From Eledone cirrhosa (Eukaryota): a stretch of 64,000 nucleotides of DNA. The DNA lies in contig OZ024746.1 of the NCBI GenBank assembly GCA_964016885.1, positions 75,516,001-75,580,000 of the forward strand. The letters are read 5' to 3'. The translations under genes were made by a program, and so were the position numbers. Positions 56,903-64,000 of this stretch are shown in pieces; position 1 is the first letter of the stretch, and each line of letters starts with the position of its first letter. Under the pieces are notes generated by a model. That model made no database searches. It had not been told where the DNA came from and saw only the letters and a program-made list of their open reading frames with translations.

Positions 56903-57262
56903 TATAAACTTTTGTATATGTATAATAAAGCCAAAACAATGCAGGTATGGACATACAGGTATGGACATAGAATAAAGAATGCAAATGCAAAAGATATTGT
57001 TGACAATTAGTCTTTTACCTTAGATTTATTTAAATATCCTTAATTTTCGAGATAATATCTCTTCTTCGGAGGGAAGTAAAGCGGTTAAACCAGTGTTCTA
57101 ACCGCTTTACTTCCCTCCGAAGAAGAGATATTATCTCGAAAATTAAGGACATTTAAATAAATCTAAGGTAAAAGACTAATTGTCAACAATATCTTTTGCA
57201 TTTGCATTCTTTATTCTATGTCCATACCTGCATTGTTTTGGCTTTATTATACATATACAAAC

Positions 57263-57269
<7 letters not shown>
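56903..57269. repeat. Palindrome with ~170-185-bp arms and a hammerhead-like motif in each (57114-57148 +, 57038-57072 -)
   Basis: 11-nt central loop. Motif CCT-CCGAAGA-AGAGATATTATCTC-GAAA-AT-TA-AGG (U4C core variant). Confidence 0.85.
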
Positions 57270-57297
<28 letters not shown>

Positions 57298-57884
57298 TGT
57301 ATGTATGTATGTTTGTATGTATGAAATGTCGTTCTCCCGAACACATCGGAATATCTACACCGTAATGTATCCACTCTAATATGAAAATTCGTATTTAAAA
57401 CATACGATTTTTGTAAAATCATTGAGTTAGCGATTAACGGTGATTCTAGACGAAATCTATTGTCTGGCTCGTTATTATTAATATATATATATATGTTGCC
57501 AATATATATTTTTCCCGCTTTTTGATGCTAAATTATTAATAACAATATACTATATTTGCCGGCCTATATTTTACGTTATGTTTTGATGTATATATTCATA
57601 GATGGGAAAAGCCAGTATCTTCAGATGTCTCGACCACGGTTTCGTCATGCAAGACCGATATCAGACATCTAATATCGGGAGAACGACGACTCTCATATAT
57701 ATATATATATATATATTTTTTCTTTATTTTTTTTTTTTTACCTGTTCCAGCTGAGGCCATGCTGGGGCACCGCCCTTGATATATATATATATATATATTT
57801 CAGGTCGCTCTTCAGCGCTACTGTAACCCAGTAGAATATGTGCATGGTCGGGTCGTCGGTGACTAAACCGGTAACCCCTACATT

Positions 57885-58150
57885 AAAAATTACTTTTCTT
57901 GCAACTCGGAGACTCATTACATTATAACGTATAAAGGCTGCCACGGACATTACAGGCACTTGCCTCCGAAGACGAATTAAAGTTCAACCGTCCACAAATG
58001 AGGGCCCCACACACCAGAAAAATTCCTCTAAGCCAACATATAGAGGAATGTGGAGGACAAATTCTGCCAAATGTTGATGTCTTCCTGGCTGAAATTTTCA
58101 AATAAGAAAAGATTTTTCATAAGTACAATTCCAACCAAAACTCAATTTTT
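57885..58150 (+). pseudogene. Degraded Penelope-like GIY-YIG endonuclease fragment
   Basis: SCNSETHYIITYKGCHGHY..GTCLRRRIKV..HTRKIPLSQHIEECGG..FQPKLN, read across frameshifts. Confidence 0.55.
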
Positions 58151-58485
58151 TACACACTGAAAAAAAAATTATTTAAAAACAAAAGCCTGAATTACGTTCA
58201 TTGTAATGAACCATAATCTCCTCGATATAAGCGACAAATATAAAACCAGTTGCATCCCTTATGTTCAACAAGACCACAAGCGACCAACCATGTGAGATAA
58301 ATATAAACGAAAAACATTTTGCGAAAGACTGTAACGAAAATCTGAAACCCGTAAAAGTAAGCAAAAGTATATAAATAATCATCAAATTACCTGGCACACA
58401 TGAATACAGAAACTTTCTAAGTAACCAAAAAATCAGTCATTGAATTTTTCAAAATCTATTTTCCCTATAACACGTGATTTGTAAA

Positions 58486-58550
<65 letters not shown>

Positions 58551-58551
<1 letters not shown>

Positions 58552-58753
58552 ATAATAATAAATTTGAAGACTAAAATCCAAAGAGGGCTCGATAAGGATA
58601 AATATATATCAAATATATAAGAACCGTAGAGCAAATATTTATTAAAATAACAGATTAAAGTTTAAGCAAAGAATCGCTGCTTTCACCCTTAGATCCCGTT
58701 AAGGGTGAAAGCAGCGATTCTTTGCTTAAACTTTAATCTGTTATTTTAATAAA
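58551..58753. mobile_element. Family B pLTR-like repeat, asymmetric palindrome
   Basis: Arms meet at CACCCTTA-GATCCCGT-TAAGGGTG. Contains GAAA-GCA..TGC-TT-AAAC, the 3' half of a hammerhead. Confidence 0.8.
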
Positions 58754-59262
58754 TAAATAAATATATATATATATATATATTGTAGAGAGAGAGGGGGGGT
58801 TTCCTATTGTATCAAGCGTTCAACTAATACATTTCTTCATTCTACTGTGATGTCTGCTTCGTTGATTTTTCTATTTACTTTTGGCATATATATATATGTG
58901 TGTGTATATATGTATTTACATATGTATGTATGAGGGGCGTGTGTGTATGGATGGGTGGGTGTATGCGTGGGAGTGTCTATTTTATGCGTGTGCGTGTGTT
59001 GTAAATTGTATATCTAGATGCCGTGTACCCGCATCCGGGTTAAACTGACCTCATTGCTTCCTGTCACCAAAGGAATTCAAAAAACGTAGTCAACATATAA
59101 TCATAACCATATATACACACTCCCTCAAACACACACACACACACGCGCGCGCGCGCGCGCGCGCGCGACACACACATATATATATATATATATATATGTA
59201 TATATTTATTATATATATATATATATATACATAATATACACACGCATATATATTAATAATAA

Positions 59263-59318
<56 letters not shown>

Positions 59319-59425
59319 ATATAATAATAATAATTAATTAAGTAAGTAAGCATTGATTTACTTGAACAGGAAGTTCAGAGTAACATGTGCGTTCTTACAT
59401 CACTGTATAATATACATGCATATAT

Positions 59426-59700
59426 ACAGTATACCCTCGGCATTCGCAGTCCCTGTTATTCGCGGGTTATTTTCCTTAGAACCTAACTAATAATTATTCG
59501 CGGAATTGTAACTATCTTCTGCGATGTTTTAATGGCTATTTTCGTGGTAATATACATTTTTTTACGCTTTTTAATGCTAAATTATTAATAACGATATACC
59601 GTATTTGCCGGCCTATATTTTACGCTATGTTTTGACGTTATAGGCATTTTTATGGACCACGTCCAATATTCGCGGATGCTCTAGGAACGTATACCACTTT
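59426..59700. mobile_element. Tigger/pogo-like MITE fragment
   Basis: TA-CAGTATACCCTCG end with internal ATTCGCGG repeats. Internal sequence is shared with 57515-57590. Confidence 0.45.
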
Positions 59701-59799
59701 TCCTCTATTTGAACTCGGGATTTGAACTCAGAATGGAAAGGGCCGTAACTCTATGCGTCAAAGCATGGCGTCCGACCCTTTACCGGTACTGCCAATCCA

Positions 59800-60008
59800 A
59801 TAATAATAAATGTGAGAGACTAAAAGAGGGCTCGATAAGGATAAGTATATATCAAATATATAAGAACCAAAGAGCAAACATTTATTAAAATAACAGATTA
59901 AAGTTTAAGCAAAGAATCGCTGCTTTCACCCTTAACGGTATCTTCTGAGACTTCAGAAGATCCCGTTAAGGGTGAAAGCAGCGATTCTTTGCTTAAACTA
60001 AAATCTGA
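59800..60008. mobile_element. Family B pLTR-like repeat, asymmetric palindrome with a CAGAAGA core
   Basis: Centre TCTTCTGA-GACT-TCAGAAGA, then TCCCGTTAAGGGT-GAAA-GCA..TGC-TT-AAAC. Confidence 0.8.
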
Positions 60009-60280
60009 GACAGCGTTTAAGCCTAATAGAGGTATATATGAAGATATATTCATAGAGGAAAATAAAGAAAAAATTGTTTTTCGTTTCGTTTCGAAAAAAT
60101 ATTTTTCTTCGGCATCGAAGCTACCCATATGTTTATTGTATATAAATACGTTTTATATATATGCCTTCATATACACCCATATATATCATCACCAGTGGCA
60201 GCTCAGTCTCAGAAGACTATGCTTAATGCGCCTGGAGGTATGACTAGTCTCTGGCATCGTTTGTTGTGACTGTCCAGACA

Positions 60281-60317
<37 letters not shown>

Positions 60318-60325
<8 letters not shown>

Positions 60326-60636
60326 AGATCAAAAGATGGTTAAAGGAGTTCCATGTATTTTATTATGCGCATTTCAAAAACAAACATCATCATGCAATAA
60401 TATTTGTGTTTTCATCAGATAAAACAGGAGAACATGATATGAAGGCTAAAAAACACTTGTGGATAGTGCAGTTTTAAATCAACTGCACTATCCACAAGTG
60501 TTTTTTAGCCTTCATATCATGTTCTCCTGTTTTATCTGATGAAAACACAAATATTATTGCATGATGATGTTTGTTTTTGAAATGCGCATAATAAAATACA
60601 TGGAACTCCTTTAACCATCTTTTGATCTTATATTAT
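60318..60636. repeat. Perfect palindrome with 156-bp arms and a 7-nt loop
   Basis: Centre GCAGTT-TTAAATC-AACTGC. No mismatch seen between the arms. Confidence 0.95.
60529..60597 (+). ncRNA. Type I hammerhead ribozyme (mirror copy at 60357-60425, minus strand)
   Basis: GTTTTAT-CTGATGA-long stem II-GAAA-TGCGCA-TA-ATAAAAT. Canonical core, palindromic stem III. Confidence 0.88.
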
Positions 60637-60722
60637 GTATACTCCAGTCCTACAAACTGTAGAGTGCTTCTTATCCGATATCTGCATTGCTTTATTGTAC
60701 TACAATAAAACTCACCTCCTAC

Positions 60723-60842
<120 letters not shown>

Positions 60843-60851
60843 TATATATAA

Positions 60852-60944
<93 letters not shown>

Positions 60945-60950
60945 CATACA

Positions 60951-61337
60951 TGGTGGCTGCCAACTCGTTTTCGAGTACGGCCACTACTTTATATCCATGT
61001 AGGAGAACCCCTACTGATACGCTGAACAAGTGTGACTTTTTAGTCCAGCCAGCGACTTGAAAACTCTGGTACAAACACTACACTTGTGACAATTATTGAC
61101 ACATAGTGCTGGGCCCATGGTATCATGTGACGACAAGTGCAGAGAGATATCCAGATATAAAGCAATGCCTGTGCCGTGAAGCTTTTATAGTGAGCAAAGG
61201 CACTGCACAAAGCCAGTCCCACTCTCTTAACCAAGATGATATTTACCAAAAAGAAGAACAAGTCAACATCATTGGATACCATCAGGGTTGCAGGTGTTAT
61301 ATCAGAGTTTTCCTTCTAGAATTCTGCCTTGACAAAG
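60951..61337 (-). mobile_element. 5'-truncated non-autonomous RTE derivative
   Basis: Homologous to 32396-32800, with (TACA)n flanks. Confidence 0.88.
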
Positions 61338-61475
61338 GCTAAGGGGTCATCTCTCCCACAAATACATATACATACATACATACATACATACATACATACA
61401 TACATACATACATACATACATACATGATCCTAAGAGGTCATCTCTCCCACAAATACACATACATACATACATACA

Positions 61476-61567
<92 letters not shown>

Positions 61568-62042
61568 TATATATATATATAAATATAATAATAAATCAAG
61601 AAAGAAGAGTGACATGGTTTGCTATACAATAAGGGCTCTATTCACATTGCTGACAATTGTTTCTCTAAACTGGTAGGTCTAGAGATCGCTACCATCCTCA
61701 CTACAATGAAAATATTTTATATGTCAGATAATAAATAAATCTTACGGTCAGCAAACCTACAGTAAAGTAAATGGTCCATTATTTTAAGCCCCAGGTTATC
61801 TTTACACTATATATAATATACCCCATGACAGCTTTTACATGTCAATTTCATACATCTGCCTCGTATCAGTTCGTTTTACATGCTAAAGTCATCAGTATAC
61901 ACTATGTCTTACTTAGATTGATGTTGTGATTATTTTAACTATTTACAGTCTAGCTAATTTATTTGAGTATTGTTATTATTGTTCTGATTTAATGCCACTA
62001 CTATATATAGAAGCCATGCCTGTGTATTCCTTCATTCTCGCA

Positions 62043-62150
62043 TGCTCTGGTGAATTGACTGGTTATAACAAAGTATTGGAGATCGATTGACGCAAAAACA
62101 GGCGCGTATCGATCTCTAGACCTACCAGTTCAGAGAAACAATTGTCAGCA
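62043..62150 (+). ncRNA. Hammerhead-like motif with an extended stem II; its 3' part is duplicated in inverted form at 61587-61688
   Basis: TGCT-CTGGTGA-..ACTGGT..GAGATCGAT..ATCGATCTC..ACCAGT..-GAAA-CAATTG-TC-AGCA (A6G variant). Confidence 0.7.
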
Positions 62151-62408
62151 ATGTGAATAAAGCCCTTATTGTATAGAAAACCATGTCACACTTCTTTCTT
62201 GATTTTTTATTATTACTCCAAGTGTAAACTACATAGAAATCACCGCGGACTCGCTGCATCACTATGGAAACGTCTTGTTGAGTCAAACTTAGTCAAGTGT
62301 TAATACTATCCACTACTCAGAGTACCCTAACTCGACTACATCTAAGTGGACTACCTATAACAATAATTTGTTATCCCGTATATATATATATATATATATA
62401 TATTTATT

Positions 62409-62473
<65 letters not shown>

Positions 62474-62613
62474 CTGTTTCTACGTTAGGCACAAGGCCAG
62501 CAATTACCCAGTGTATTACTGGTACTTTATTTTATCGATCCCGTAAGGATGAAAGGCAAAGTTATATATATATATAACGGCGATGAATTAGTTTTGCGAG
62601 GTTTTTGATATGA

Positions 62614-62930
62614 AATTGTAAAACTAGAAACGTAGTCTATAGCATAAGATGTACAGAGGGAACTTGCAGAAACATGACTACAACATACATAGGCGAGACA
62701 GCTCGTAGCATAGGTGAAAGGATAGACCAACACTGGGGGAACTAAAAGGACGAAAAAATGGTTCAGTACTATACGAACATGCCAGACAACAACACGACGG
62801 TAACATAGACAACATAGAAATTAGAATAATATCTAAACATAGAAATGACCCAGCAGATAGGCAAATCAGAGAGGCCAGTGAAATAGAAATTAGAAGGTCA
62901 AGGCTAAACAGAAAAAAATTAATGGAATAA
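62614..62930 (+). pseudogene. Penelope-like element GIY-YIG endonuclease C-terminus (one frameshift)
   Basis: NCKTRNVVYSIRCTEGTC..YIGETARSIGERIDQH / ..VLYEHARQQH..RQIREASEI..RLN. Confidence 0.85.
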
Positions 62931-63214
62931 CAACAACACCCAAACAAACAACACTGACCTAAGAGAAGTATAAATAAATAAATAAATAGATAAATAAATA
63001 AATAAATACATACACAAGCACAATAACAACAAACACATATAAACACACACTAGTAAAGATAGAATACATTAACCAATACACAGCCACCCAATCACGAACA
63101 CACATCAAACGCATGCGCAAAGAAGACAAAATAAAATAAACAAATAAATAAATATATAAACAGACTAAATAAAGATGGCGTAGAAAATACAATGCAACGG
63201 GAGGAAACAATAGC

Positions 63215-63256
63215 ACCACTGACGATGTTGCAGATGTGCAACGAAAGAACTTTGAT
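63215..63256 (+). ncRNA. Hammerhead motif in the 3' region of the Penelope fragment
   Basis: ACCA-CTGACGA-TGTTGCAGATGTGCAAC-GAAA-GAAC-TT-TGAT. A decayed relative lies at 49821-49860. Confidence 0.7.
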
Positions 63257-63497
63257 AAACTATATATATATGTGTTTGTGTCTATATTGTATCTGTATTT
63301 TTGACCGTTGGTCAGTCAATGGCAACATTGAGGACCGAATAAATTAGATTACCGATCACTCTCTTTTTAAATGTTACAGAGTTTTCCTCTCCCACATCCC
63401 TCTATCTAGTGCCACTAAGACGGCTTCACTCTTCAAGAGCGTGAAACTAATAAACCTTTTTTCGTACTGCCTCTCTGTTTTGTTCCCGTTCCATTTT

Positions 63498-63536
<39 letters not shown>

Positions 63537-63747
63537 ATACTTGGGGAGGGTCATATTTGTGTAATATTGCCGGAATTAATAACAGAACACACTCACTGTT
63601 TGGTTGGTTTTCGCTTTTCGCTTCTGTGTCTTTTATATCGGTAATCTAATATAATCTAATATATTCGGTCCTCAATGTTGCCATTGAATGACCGACGGTC
63701 AAAAATAATACAGATACAATATAGACACAAACACATATATATAGTTT

Positions 63748-63750
<3 letters not shown>
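63255..63750. repeat. Inverted repeat with ~95-bp arms (63255-63352 and 63652-63750)
   Basis: Reverse-complement arms immediately 3' of the hammerhead. Confidence 0.8.
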
Positions 63751-63818
<68 letters not shown>

Positions 63819-63908
63819 CGAAGGAAATGTGGTAAGGAACCAAGTGAACCATAACGTACCAAAGTACTCAATACTTAGGGTAGTAGAGTGGGTAATAGGA
63901 ACCAGTAA

Positions 63909-64000
63909 GACCCCGACAGCTGAGCTCAAGCCGTTTCGACGGCTAATTCTGGACTAAATGAAAATTTATCCTGGTATTTAAATAGCCGAGCTTCTCAAGG
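63909..64000 (-). ncRNA. Family A hammerhead with a U3-A8 variant core (runs off the window edge)
   Basis: CC-TTGAGAA-GCTCGGCTA...TAGCCGTC-GAAA-CGGCTTGAGCTCAGCTG-TC-GGGGTC. Confidence 0.7.

Noticed and set aside
57623-57670. Hammerhead on the minus strand (AGATGT-CTGATAT..GTC..GAC-GAAA-CC..GG-TC)
   Set aside because: G8 and A9 are missing and there are extra nucleotides after the cleavage site. At best a decayed relic, so not called.

Overview
AT-rich, extremely microsatellite-dense animal genomic DNA. The repeat families suggest an octopus-like cephalopod (inference). No complete host gene is recognisable, and almost all ORFs in the track are simple-repeat artefacts; only a few low-confidence candidate exons stand out. 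The real content is retroelements sorted by microsatellite type: (1) a near-intact ~5.7 kb Tx1/L1-clade non-LTR retrotransposon (minus strand, 36.7-42.4 kb) plus three 5'-truncated relatives, all inside one (GATA)n tract; (2) ~610-bp non-autonomous RTE derivatives in (TATG)n; (3) an R4/Dong-type fragment in (TAA)n; (4) many tRNA-derived SINEs; (5) Penelope-like remnants in (TA)n. The most striking signal is more than a dozen type I hammerhead ribozyme motifs from many unrelated sequence families. Many sit in long head-to-head palindromes, so a ribozyme is present on both strands. Several have non-canonical catalytic cores, including a U3-A8 compensatory variant in a multi-copy family. All folds were derived by eye and none has been tested.
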